A stretch of DNA of 42,768 nt from a virus, in IMG/VR virus record IMGVR_UViG_3300025885_000007. One strand, given 5' to 3'. Within the stretch, counting starts at the first letter, position 1. Each line of letters starts with the position of its first letter. Below the pieces are notes generated by a model. The model did no database searches. It had not been told where the DNA came from and saw only the letters and a list, made by a program, of their open reading frames with translations. A program made the position numbers and the translations under genes. Below are positions 15,375 through 23,054 of the stretch, in pieces.

Positions 15375-15580
15375 CCCGCTGGCAGTACCAGGAATGGAAC
15401 CTGACTCCCATCGGTCGGGACTATCAGCAATGGCTCGACTACGAAGCGGTTGCGTCCTTCTGCACCTTCATGGGCAGGCAACTGTGGGAGGCGGACCGTC
15501 AAACTGCCAGAGCCGAGAACATGGACCGGCTCCGTAAGCTCCACCAGGAACTGAGAGAGAAATACGGGGACCCGAGATGA
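15371..15580 (+). CDS. Hypothetical protein, 69 aa
   Basis: ATGA overlap; MTRWQYQEW start. Confidence 0.45.
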   Translation: MTRWQYQEWNLTPIGRDYQQWLDYEAVASFCTFMGRQLWEADRQTARAENMDRLRKLHQELREKYGDPR

Positions 15581-15660
15581 AACTGCTGGGCTTGGTTGCG
15601 GTCGGGGCGGCGCTGTTCTTTCTCGGGGCTTGGGCTCTGCTGGGTTGGGCCGGCCAATGA
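15577..15660 (+). CDS. 27-aa hydrophobic peptide (MKLLGLVAVGAALFFLGAWALLGWAGQ)
   Basis: ATGA overlaps at both ends; a single TM-like segment. Below the track cutoff. Confidence 0.4.
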   Translation: MKLLGLVAVGAALFFLGAWALLGWAGQ

Positions 15661-15944
15661 CTCTGAGAGAAGAACTGGCGCAGAGGATGCACAGGGTTTA
15701 TTGGGCCGAGATAAAAATGAAGTTTCCGGAACTGTATCCCGCCACCGAGCGTGCCCCACATGCAGCGACACTTGTCGGCTACTTGGCCCAAGCCGACGAG
15801 TGCATCCGGCAGATGGAGTGGGCGCGCACTCGGCAATGGGTCCAGATCGACAGCAGCGGCCAGCCATTCATCCACAGCGGCGACTGGGGCACGCCTTGGC
15901 ACATGAAGTCGCTCACGCTCGCCCCCGAGGACTGGAAACCATGA
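15657..15944 (+). CDS. Hypothetical protein, 95 aa; paralog of 9129..9404
   Basis: Shares the MTLREELAQR, ADECIRQMEWAR and TLAPEDW motifs with the minus-strand gene. Confidence 0.6.
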   Translation: MTLREELAQRMHRVYWAEIKMKFPELYPATERAPHAATLVGYLAQADECIRQMEWARTRQWVQIDSSGQPFIHSGDWGTPWHMKSLTLAPEDWKP

Positions 15945-16096
15945 CCGACCTCTAGCGCCGCGCCTGGGAAAGCTGGCTCTTTGAACTTGCCCTAGCGGCA
16001 AGGTTCAGACGCACCCGCACCGTCCTGCGGGAAGCCCAGAAATACGCAGACAGGTTGGAAGTGGAGCGCATCATCGCAGCATCGAGGCAGCCATGA
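15941..16096 (+). pseudogene. 51-codon reading frame with ATGA overlaps at both ends, interrupted by an in-frame TAG at codon 5 (15953-15955)
   Basis: Reads ATG ACC GAC CTC TAG, then 46 open codons (RRAWESWLFELALAARFRRTRTVLREAQKYADRLEVERIIAASRQP) ending in a TGA that overlaps ATG 16093. Confidence 0.3.
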
Positions 16097-16293
16097 GCGG
16101 AGCGAAGTACGCCACCGTCTTTGAGAGCATCGCCAACCTTGAGGCGGGGGGAGACTTTCATGTGCTTCTGGATACGGCACTGGTTGAAGGACTGAAGCCC
16201 GAAGTCGCCAAAGAGTTCCTCGACTGGGTCAACAAGATCCATGAGCAAGGCCTCAGGCCGCGCCACTGTCCTTTTTGTGGAGTTCCAGTATGA
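16093..16293 (+). CDS. Hypothetical protein, 66 aa
   Basis: ORF track. Confidence 0.45.
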   Translation: MSGAKYATVFESIANLEAGGDFHVLLDTALVEGLKPEVAKEFLDWVNKIHEQGLRPRHCPFCGVPV

Positions 16294-16538
16294 GCGGAGC
16301 GACAGCGAAGCGGGCGGCCGCCGAAGGCGACATGAGGGAGCAAGAGATGGGTCCCGGAGTGAAGTCAGTAGGCGGCCGTGAAGTTTGGTCGGCCGGAGGC
16401 GGTGAACACGCGTTCTCAGAAGGCCCGAGGCCCGTCTCCGGTCCGGCCGATTGTCCCTGTGGTGCTCCCGGCCCGGGATTGTGCCCGGCATGCCGAGAAA
16501 GTTTGGAATCCTGGTTCGATGAGAGGGAGGGAAAGTGA
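16290..16538 (+). CDS. Hypothetical protein, 82 aa
   Basis: ATGA overlap. Its first 13 nt (ATGAGCGGAGCGA) are identical to those of the gene at 16093. Confidence 0.4.
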   Translation: MSGATAKRAAAEGDMREQEMGPGVKSVGGREVWSAGGGEHAFSEGPRPVSGPADCPCGAPGPGLCPACRESLESWFDEREGK

Positions 16539-16738
16539 CGCAGTGGCGAGAAAACCTGTTGGCCCGTGGCTATGTGCCCGGGCAGCGTCCTCTCGTAGAC
16601 ATGGTGTGGGACCTCCCCGACTGGCCGACACCCGACCCCGGAGAGCCCGTTGAAGATTATCTCGCCCGCCTCCGGCACCACCGCCGCGAGTGCGAGGCGT
16701 GGGAAGCGAAGCACCAAACCCGCCCGGAGGACAAGTGA
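16535..16738 (+). CDS. Hypothetical protein, 67 aa
   Basis: GTGA overlap. Confidence 0.45.
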   Translation: MTQWRENLLARGYVPGQRPLVDMVWDLPDWPTPDPGEPVEDYLARLRHHRRECEAWEAKHQTRPEDK

Positions 16739-17037
16739 GCGCTCCGTTGTGCCCAGATCATTCCGTCCCGATGAGGGTCAGCAAGGTTCCGGGAGTGGCT
16801 TTCTACTGCACCCAGCGCACCGCGGACGGCGAATACTGTAAGCAGTCCATCCGGGCCCCGAAGCCAACCTCAATCGCCAGCCCGCCCACCTCTCCTGTCA
16901 GCCCTTCCGGTGACGTTCTCGCCGCTGCGGCTCTGAACTTCGCTGCCAGTATGTACCGGGGAGCGGGGGGAGAACTCGCGGACGATGCCATTGCTCTTGC
17001 GGTGAAGGCATACTCGGCCATGAAAGCAGTCAGCTAA
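16735..17037 (+). CDS. Hypothetical Cys/His-containing protein, 100 aa
   Basis: GTGA overlap. CPDH...FYCTQRTADGEYC looks like a zinc ribbon. Confidence 0.45.
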   Translation: MSAPLCPDHSVPMRVSKVPGVAFYCTQRTADGEYCKQSIRAPKPTSIASPPTSPVSPSGDVLAAAALNFAASMYRGAGGELADDAIALAVKAYSAMKAVS

Positions 17038-17528
17038 TGGGCCGGTACAGCGTTCCTCCAAAGAGGATTCCCATGGCGGTCAGATTTTGGGACAAGGTGG
17101 CTAAGATTCCGTTTCATGAGTGCTGGGAGTGGGTCGGCGGCCGCAACAAGTCGGGATATGGGACCATTGGATTTGGTGGCTGGCGCGGCCCCGTCACAAC
17201 CTCAAACCGCGCCGCATGGATACTCGCGCACGGCTCGATCCCGCCAGGGATGATGGTGCTCCACCACTGCGACAACCGTCTCTGCGTAAACCCGGACCAC
17301 CTTTGGCTTGGAACAGCGGCCGATAACGCGCATGACATGGTGAATAAAAACCGACAGGCTAGGGGCGTAAGGAATGCTAAAACGAAGCTGTCGGAACTAG
17401 ATGTTCCGGTGATTCGCAGATTGCGAGAGGAAGGACTGAGCGCGCTGAAGATCGCTAGACGCTATGGACTCGGCGAAAGCACCGTCCGCCAGATTGTTGC
17501 TCGCCAGATTTGGAAGTGGGTGGAGTAG
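17037..17528 (+). CDS. HNH homing-type endonuclease with a C-terminal HTH (163 aa)
   Basis: CWEWVGGRNKSGYG...HHCDNRLCVNPDHLWLGTAADNAHD motif. Confidence 0.85.
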   Translation: MGRYSVPPKRIPMAVRFWDKVAKIPFHECWEWVGGRNKSGYGTIGFGGWRGPVTTSNRAAWILAHGSIPPGMMVLHHCDNRLCVNPDHLWLGTAADNAHDMVNKNRQARGVRNAKTKLSELDVPVIRRLREEGLSALKIARRYGLGESTVRQIVARQIWKWVE

Positions 17529-18358
17529 TGGCCCAAGCACAGACTCACCTGTCTACCGTCGTGTCCGGGGCTGGAACCGGCGACGCTACTCAAGCGGTCA
17601 GGTCATTGCTTGAGTACGGGCTGTCGGTTGTTTTAGAGCGCGAGAGACAACAGAGAATCGCTGACGGAAAAGAGCAGCGCGAATACCCGTATGTATCAGA
17701 CGCCGGAAGGTGCCCGAGGCAACTGTTCTTTGCCTTGACGAATGTTCCCAAGACTGGGCCGTTAACTCTTGATTCATGGATGACCCTGGCCCTTGGCAGC
17801 AAGGCGGAGGAGCTATACATCCAGTTACTAGAAGCGGCAGGGGTCACGATTCTTACCCAAGAGCGGGTTGAGTTGGAGCGCGACGGCGAGAGGGTGGTTG
17901 GGAAGCTGGACCTATTGATCGAAGTGCCGGAATCTGTGCGGGCACTGATCCCAGGACTTGAGCCGAGAGAGCTATGGGAACTTAAGCTAAAAAACTCCCG
18001 CGCCCTCGGGTGGATGCTCAAGCGGGGCGGGCCAGAAAACGACGATGGCCACGTCAAACAGACGCGCCTTTACCTTGAAGCAGCCGCCCAGGGCAAGGTG
18101 CCACGTCCAAGTACCGCTAGGGGTCGCTTGGTTTACGCAGCAAGTGGCGCGACCAAAGGCGAACCCCTGTTTCACGCATGGTGGGTCAACCACGACGCCC
18201 TAGAAGCCAAGAAAGACTTGAAGCAGTTGGGGCAGGCGATGAAGGATGCGCGAGACGGCAGGGACCCGGGCATTCCGGAGCAGTACGCCGACTGCCCCAA
18301 CTTTCCGTGTGGCTACTGCGACTGGAAGCGGAAGTGCTTCCCCGTGAGGCCGAGATGA
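17528..18358 (+). CDS. Cas4/RecB-like PD-(D/E)XK exonuclease with a 4-Cys (Fe-S type) cluster, 276 aa
   Basis: N-terminal RCPRQLFF. GKLDLL, ELKLK and QTRLY motifs. C-terminal CGYCDWKRKC (CX2CX5C). GTG at 17528 overlaps the upstream TAG; GGTGGAG SD. Confidence 0.8.
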   Translation: MAQAQTHLSTVVSGAGTGDATQAVRSLLEYGLSVVLERERQQRIADGKEQREYPYVSDAGRCPRQLFFALTNVPKTGPLTLDSWMTLALGSKAEELYIQLLEAAGVTILTQERVELERDGERVVGKLDLLIEVPESVRALIPGLEPRELWELKLKNSRALGWMLKRGGPENDDGHVKQTRLYLEAAAQGKVPRPSTARGRLVYAASGATKGEPLFHAWWVNHDALEAKKDLKQLGQAMKDARDGRDPGIPEQYADCPNFPCGYCDWKRKCFPVRPR

Positions 18359-18678
18359 AGGGCCGCCCGGCAATGATGCCCGACGGCAAGCCTCATCCGT
18401 TCGTCTGGTATGGCAAGCGGTCTCCATGGATTGAAACGACCCGTGGCGTTTTCCGGTGTCACAGATTCGCCGATGGAATCAAGGCGCTCGTTTGCAAGGC
18501 ATTCGGCTGCGCGTGGAAGGAGAAGGAACACAGCTACAGCGAAGAGACGATTCGCAGCGCCGAGCAATCATGCGGGCCGGTTTTCCTGCCGCGATTTACT
18601 CTGGTCTGCAATCGCTGCGGCTCGACAGCAATGCCGTGGAAGATATGGACCGCGGACGACCTCAAGGAGACCAAGTGA
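18355..18678 (+). CDS. Hypothetical Cys-rich protein, 107 aa
   Basis: ATGA overlap. Confidence 0.45.
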   Translation: MKGRPAMMPDGKPHPFVWYGKRSPWIETTRGVFRCHRFADGIKALVCKAFGCAWKEKEHSYSEETIRSAEQSCGPVFLPRFTLVCNRCGSTAMPWKIWTADDLKETK

Positions 18679-19223
18679 GCGAAAACCTGCTGGACCGCCT
18701 CGCAGAGATTCGTGAGAAGCAGGGCCGGACCCCAATCGACGGGACCCGGATACAGGACGATCCTCTTGCCGACTGGACTCCACCCACCCCGACTGCTCCA
18801 CCGGAGTACATCCACGAAGACCCCGACGAAGAGCCCGAGAAGGAAGTCAGCCCCCTGGTCCGGGCTGCTTTGCCCGAGCCCAAGTCGCTGCCCCAAATCC
18901 CGATTCCTGACCTAGCAGTTCTCGACTCTCTCGCCTCCTATCAGGGCCACGATGTCAAGCTCAACGACTCAGAAACGAGGCAAGTCAAGGCGGTCATCGT
19001 CAGAGCCCTCCAGCGTGACCTGAGAGACAAGATGTCCGCCTTGAAGTCTCTGGAGCCAAGACGGCAGAGAAAGTCCAAGCCAGCCCAGCCACGGCTTCCT
19101 AAGAGTATTCAGGTTCAGGGTCCGACCGGGCCGCCGACAACCGTGCATGATCCTGAAACCATCGCTGCCGTGGTTGCTGGCGCCAAGCGCCGGGGCAGGC
19201 CGAGGGGGAGCTTGCTCAAATGA
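18675..19223 (+). CDS. Hypothetical protein with a C-terminal AT-hook-like motif (KRRGRPRGS), 182 aa
   Basis: GTGA overlap; Pro-rich centre; RGRP core at the C-terminus. Confidence 0.5.
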   Translation: MSENLLDRLAEIREKQGRTPIDGTRIQDDPLADWTPPTPTAPPEYIHEDPDEEPEKEVSPLVRAALPEPKSLPQIPIPDLAVLDSLASYQGHDVKLNDSETRQVKAVIVRALQRDLRDKMSALKSLEPRRQRKSKPAQPRLPKSIQVQGPTGPPTTVHDPETIAAVVAGAKRRGRPRGSLLK

Positions 19224-19387
19224 ACTTCGGCACAGACGACGCGGACGAGCGGCTAAAGCGGGAGATCGAATATCACACGCTATGCGCTCGCTTCACCTTG
19301 GATCAAGCGAAGCCCCCGGGAAGGCAGTGGACGCCTCGCCATATGTCGGTGACTCTCAAAGCCTTCCAGCCCAAGAGGAAGCCATGA
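19220..19387 (+). CDS. 55-aa hypothetical protein
   Basis: ATGA overlaps at both ends. My own translation begins MNFGTDDADERLKREIEYHTLCARF. Below the track cutoff. Confidence 0.45.
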   Translation: MNFGTDDADERLKREIEYHTLCARFTLDQAKPPGRQWTPRHMSVTLKAFQPKRKP

Positions 19388-19674
19388 AGTTCGGCGGCGC
19401 CATCCAACCTTTTTGCCCGATTTGTGATGGTCGGCACGGTGAAGGTCAGTGCCGGTCCATCGAGGCTCCGATCAGCAAAGCCCCGCTCGAAACTCCTAGC
19501 CACAACGGCGCATATCGAGGCTCAGCCCCGGTCCGAGTCATTCCTTCTGGAGTCGCTTTAGGAGACGCTGATACATGGCAGAAGAAAGCTCTCACAGGTC
19601 ATGAAGTCCAGTCCCGTAAGGCCCGAGAGAGGGCAGCTATCAAGGCGAGGCAAAGGAGATTGCACAAGCCATGA
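19384..19674 (+). CDS. Hypothetical protein with a CCHC-like knuckle (CPICDGRHGEGQC), 96 aa
   Basis: ATGA overlap. The upstream part of track ORF 19147.. is alternate-frame. Confidence 0.45.
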   Translation: MKFGGAIQPFCPICDGRHGEGQCRSIEAPISKAPLETPSHNGAYRGSAPVRVIPSGVALGDADTWQKKALTGHEVQSRKARERAAIKARQRRLHKP

Positions 19675-20090
19675 ATGCTCTCATTCTCGCTGCTGCTCTT
19701 AGCTGGGCGGCTCCGGGCGGCACGATGACGCTCCGGGGCTACGTCACAGTTCCTCCGGCCTACACTCCCGGTTCAATCTTCGCAGTCGTCTCCGAGCAAG
19801 GAGGCTACTGGCGCAAGTTGGCTTGGGAGTGCGGAGATGGATCGGTCCAGTGGCCCCGCAATCAGCGGCTCGTGGCGGTGCTCCCCGACTCGTCTCGCGT
19901 CCCATGCGATGCGCTGATGGCGATGTCCGCCGACAAGCTGGAGCCCCGCAACCTCCTGTCAGGAGAAGTGCTCAACGTCTCAGACCTGCACCGCAAACCA
20001 CTCAACGGCAAGCAAGCCGTGATGCTGTTCGTGCGGTTCCCCGGCCTCCGGCAGGACCCGGTGGCCATCGAAGTGTCGCAGGGACGATAG
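19671..20090 (+). CDS. Hypothetical protein with a signal-peptide-like N-terminus, 139 aa
   Basis: ATGA overlap; MNALILAAALSWAAPGG. Confidence 0.45.
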   Translation: MNALILAAALSWAAPGGTMTLRGYVTVPPAYTPGSIFAVVSEQGGYWRKLAWECGDGSVQWPRNQRLVAVLPDSSRVPCDALMAMSADKLEPRNLLSGEVLNVSDLHRKPLNGKQAVMLFVRFPGLRQDPVAIEVSQGR

Positions 20091-20103
20091 GGAGGATGCT
20101 GAC

Positions 20104-20310
20104 ATGAAGAAACTCGGCTGCACGCTGCTGCTGTGTCTGGCGCTGGTGACCCCGGCCGGTGCCACGCTCGGCGGAGACGATTCACACGCGCTGCCCATGC
20201 CGACATTCGAGCAAGGGATGTGCGGCATTTGCTCCATCGCAGGATATTCGCCTGCGTGCATCATCTGCACAGTGATGATGATGTTCGATGCCGTGGGGGG
20301 CTGGGATTAG
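20104..20310 (+). CDS. Small Cys-rich secreted or membrane protein, 68 aa
   Basis: GGGAGGA SD. Signal-like MKKLGCTLLLCLALVTPAGA and a hydrophobic Cys-rich C-terminus. Confidence 0.45.
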   Translation: MKKLGCTLLLCLALVTPAGATLGGDDSHALPMPTFEQGMCGICSIAGYSPACIICTVMMMFDAVGGWD

Positions 20311-20312
20311 CG

Positions 20313-20774
20313 ATGTCGGCAAAGCCATCTCCAGAACGCGACCGGGCGCGCTTCTGGAAGTACGCCGTCACGAGCGAAGGCTGCTGGGGATGGCAAGGCC
20401 ATCACTCAAAGAAAGGCTATGCGCATGCGTATTGGGCCGGCAAGACGGTTCGGGCTCATCGCCTCGCATGGATGCTGACCTACGGATCGTGGCCCTCGTC
20501 AGAGACTTTGGACCATCTCTGCAACAACCGATCATGCGTCAGGCCCGACCACCTACGCGAGGCTACGAACCGCGAGAACATTCTGCGCGGCTGCGGCATC
20601 ACGGCCGTGAACGCCGTAAAGCAGTACTGCCTGCGCGGACACCCGTTCATCGAAGCGAACACGCGAATCAATCGGAAGGGACATAGGACGTGCCGGGCAT
20701 GCCACAACGCTCGGACGCGACGCCTCAAAGCTCGCATCCGCGCCAAGGTGACCCACGAAGGGGCGAGCGAATGA
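20313..20774 (+). CDS. HNH endonuclease (153 aa), second copy
   Basis: CWGWQGHHSKKGYA...DHLCNNRSCVRPDHLREATNREN, plus CLRGH...CRAC. Confidence 0.8.
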   Translation: MSAKPSPERDRARFWKYAVTSEGCWGWQGHHSKKGYAHAYWAGKTVRAHRLAWMLTYGSWPSSETLDHLCNNRSCVRPDHLREATNRENILRGCGITAVNAVKQYCLRGHPFIEANTRINRKGHRTCRACHNARTRRLKARIRAKVTHEGASE

Positions 20775-21079
20775 GCACAACGCGGCCGTGGGTCGATGCC
20801 TTCGCCGACGAGATGGAGGCGAAGCTGGCGGAGAACCGATACAAGGGCGACCGGGAGGGCTGGGCCAAGATGCGAAGCGGATGGCTGCTCAAGCGCCTGC
20901 GCGCAGAGGTTGACGAACTGTCGCAAGCCTGTCGCCGGAATCGTGGGGCGAGCCCTCTCGCTAACGAGAGAGTCCGACGCGAAGCCGCCGATGTGGCCAA
21001 CTTCGCCATGATGATCGCCGACGTTGCAGGCGGACTGCGCGCCAAGGCGGCCCACGATGCGAAGGGGGCGCAGGAATGA
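20771..21079 (+). CDS. MazG-like all-alpha NTP pyrophosphohydrolase-family protein, 102 aa
   Basis: ATGA overlap. KGDREGW...LRAEVDEL...EAADVANFAMMIAD pattern. Confidence 0.5.
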   Translation: MSTTRPWVDAFADEMEAKLAENRYKGDREGWAKMRSGWLLKRLRAEVDELSQACRRNRGASPLANERVRREAADVANFAMMIADVAGGLRAKAAHDAKGAQE

Positions 21080-21309
21080 AACTGTTGGACGACGCCGAGG
21101 CTCCGAAGGAGATCATGCGGCTTCGCGAGATCATGTGCTCTCAGGTAATGAACAGCGACGAGCGTTGGGAGCGACTCATCGAGTGCGCGTTCTATCTGAT
21201 CCTGCGCGTCCCGGCCCGATGGGTGGACTCGGCGCGCGGCCTGCTGATCGAGGCTGAGAAGCGACGCGACTGGTGGTGGCGTCTCGATGGATGGCGCGCA
21301 GATGCCTAA
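21076..21309 (+). CDS. Hypothetical protein, 77 aa
   Basis: ATGA overlap. Confidence 0.45.
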   Translation: MKLLDDAEAPKEIMRLREIMCSQVMNSDERWERLIECAFYLILRVPARWVDSARGLLIEAEKRRDWWWRLDGWRADA

Positions 21310-21700
21310 CCGCGACCCGCTCGACGCGCTCGACGCCGCTGCGGCGAAGGCCACGCCGGGGCCGTGGGCATGGGATGACGACGAGCAGGAGCTTCGAGCA
21401 CCGTTCGTGGAGGACGAGGAGCGTCGCGGACAGCCGCAATACGACTGGGGCGCTACGCCGCCCGTGTATCCCGCCAGCTTGGCGATCATTGAGAGCGACG
21501 GCGGATTCTATGGGCCGGGCCAGTCAACGGGGCGCTACCTTGCTCTCTGCGATCCGACCACCATCCGCGCGCTGGTAGCACGATGCCGGGCGGCTGAGGC
21601 GGTGTGCGAGGCTGCGCAGGAGACCGACGTGGCATGGACCGAGGAGAGCGTGCTGGCGCTCAACGCAGCCATCGCCCACTGGCGGGAGGTGCGAGGGTGA
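21302..21700 (+). CDS. Ead/Ea22-like protein (132 aa; alternative start 21287)
   Basis: AKATPGPWAW...LALCDPTTIRALVARCRAAE pattern. Confidence 0.5.
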   Translation: MPNRDPLDALDAAAAKATPGPWAWDDDEQELRAPFVEDEERRGQPQYDWGATPPVYPASLAIIESDGGFYGPGQSTGRYLALCDPTTIRALVARCRAAEAVCEAAQETDVAWTEESVLALNAAIAHWREVRG

Positions 21701-22464
21701 GCGCGCGCCAGACGCCGGAGGGGCGGCCGCGTGCGCTCGACCTGTTCTGCGGCGCTGGCGGTGCCGCGATGGGATTGTGGCGTGCGGGCTTCGATGTCGT
21801 GGGCGTGGACATCGTGCGCCAGCCGCGCTACCCATTCCCATTCGTTCAGGGCGATGCGCTCAAGCCTCCGATGCGGCTGGATGACTTCGATCTCGTATGG
21901 GCGAGCCCGCCATGTCAGGGATACTCGATCATGCGGAACCTACCGTGGCTCAGAGGCCGCAAATATCCGATGCTGATTCCGGTCGTACGCGAGATGCTCA
22001 TGGCGAGCGGCGTGCCGTTCATTATCGAGAACGTCAACCAAGCCAGGTACCGAAGCACTCTGCCCGAAGGCATCAAGGGCGGCTACCTGTGTGGCACCAT
22101 GTTCGGGCTTCCGATCTATCGGCACCGTCGCTTTGAAACATCGTTCATGTGGATGGCCCCGGCCCATGCGAAGCACACGGCCACGATCCGCTCTGGGCAC
22201 GCACTGGCCGGGCGGGCGCGGGACATGACATTCACTCGGCCCAACGGGATGCGGTACGGATTCGACCAACCCCACTCGGCCGTCGGACACGGCCGCCATG
22301 CTCGCACAGGAGCGAAGGAAGCCCTCGGCGTTGAGTGGATGACGTACGAAGGCGTCTCGCAAAGCATCCCGCCCGCCTACAGCGAGCACATCGGCCGCTA
22401 CGCCATGATGGCGCTGGGCCGCGACCCCGACGAGATGGCCCGTTGGCGGGAGGTGCGAGGGTGA
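21697..22464 (+). CDS. DNA (cytosine-5) methyltransferase, 255 aa
   Basis: GTGA overlap. Motif I DLFCGAGG, motif IV SPPCQGYS, and ENV. Confidence 0.85.
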   Translation: MSARQTPEGRPRALDLFCGAGGAAMGLWRAGFDVVGVDIVRQPRYPFPFVQGDALKPPMRLDDFDLVWASPPCQGYSIMRNLPWLRGRKYPMLIPVVREMLMASGVPFIIENVNQARYRSTLPEGIKGGYLCGTMFGLPIYRHRRFETSFMWMAPAHAKHTATIRSGHALAGRARDMTFTRPNGMRYGFDQPHSAVGHGRHARTGAKEALGVEWMTYEGVSQSIPPAYSEHIGRYAMMALGRDPDEMARWREVRG

Positions 22465-22471
22465 GCGCGCG
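22444..22471. repeat. 28-bp direct repeat of 21680..21707 (gene-junction sequence)
   Basis: tggcgggaggtgcgagggtgagcgcgcg is identical at both sites. It encodes WREVRG-stop plus a GTG start. Confidence 0.9.
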
Positions 22472-22646
22472 AGGCGAAGTGCTGAAGATCGAAACCGTTG
22501 GCGACGCGGTACGGGTGACGGCTCAACTGAGGCGGAAGGCCGACGCCCAGTGGCGGCCGTGGCGCACGCTGGTGATCGACATGGCCGACCACGAGGCACG
22601 GCATTATCGCGTCGGCGGCAGGATCAGCGTCGAGGTCCGCCCGTGA
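22461..22646 (+). CDS. Hypothetical protein, 61 aa
   Basis: GTGA overlap; starts VSAR like the methyltransferase. Confidence 0.4.
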   Translation: MSARGEVLKIETVGDAVRVTAQLRRKADAQWRPWRTLVIDMADHEARHYRVGGRISVEVRP

Positions 22647-22684
22647 CCGGCCCCGCGCGCCAGACGCCGGAGGGGCGAGCGTGA
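22643..22684 (+). pseudogene. 13-codon mini-ORF (VTGPARQTPEGRA), a remnant of the methyltransferase 5' end
   Basis: Contains a 24-bp copy (22654-22677) of 21702-21725. GTGA overlaps at both ends. Confidence 0.4.
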
Positions 22685-22908
22685 GCCTGCCGCGCTTGAA
22701 GTCCCGCTATTACCCGGTCAAGCCCGGAGAATGGATCAGGCCGAGGCGGCGCGGCTATCGGCTTTCCTGCTGCGATTGTGGGCTGGTTCACCGAATGGAC
22801 TTCAGGATCGTTGGCAGGCACATTGAGTTCCGGTCCTTTCACGCCAATCGTTCCACATCGGCGGTCAGGCGCAGTCCGCATCCATTCGTTCGGAGGGATG
22901 AGAAATGA
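22681..22908 (+). CDS. Hypothetical protein, 75 aa (CCDCGLVH motif)
   Basis: GTG start; ORF track. Confidence 0.45.
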   Translation: MSLPRLKSRYYPVKPGEWIRPRRRGYRLSCCDCGLVHRMDFRIVGRHIEFRSFHANRSTSAVRRSPHPFVRRDEK

Positions 22909-23054
22909 GCAATGCGACGCGATGCCCGGTGTGCTTGGGCAGCGGGAGACTCCCGATCCAGACTCTCGCCGGGACCCCGGCATGGACCACCTCGGGCCCC
23001 GAGACCAAGGAGTGCCACGGCTGTCTTGGCAAGGGGTGGGCGGTCATCCCATGA
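22905..23054 (+). CDS. 49-aa DnaJ-type zinc-finger protein (two CXXCXGXG motifs)
   Basis: CPVCLGSG and CHGCLGKG. ATGA overlaps at both ends. Below the track cutoff. Confidence 0.55.
   Translation: MSNATRCPVCLGSGRLPIQTLAGTPAWTTSGPETKECHGCLGKGWAVIP

Noticed and set aside
15953-15955. Genome-wide TAG reassignment (an alternative genetic code) as the explanation for the in-frame amber codon
   Set aside because: TAG terminates many well-supported genes here, for example at 975, 2978, 7688, 8431, 29401 and 36966. A recoded TAG is therefore unlikely, and the oddity is local.
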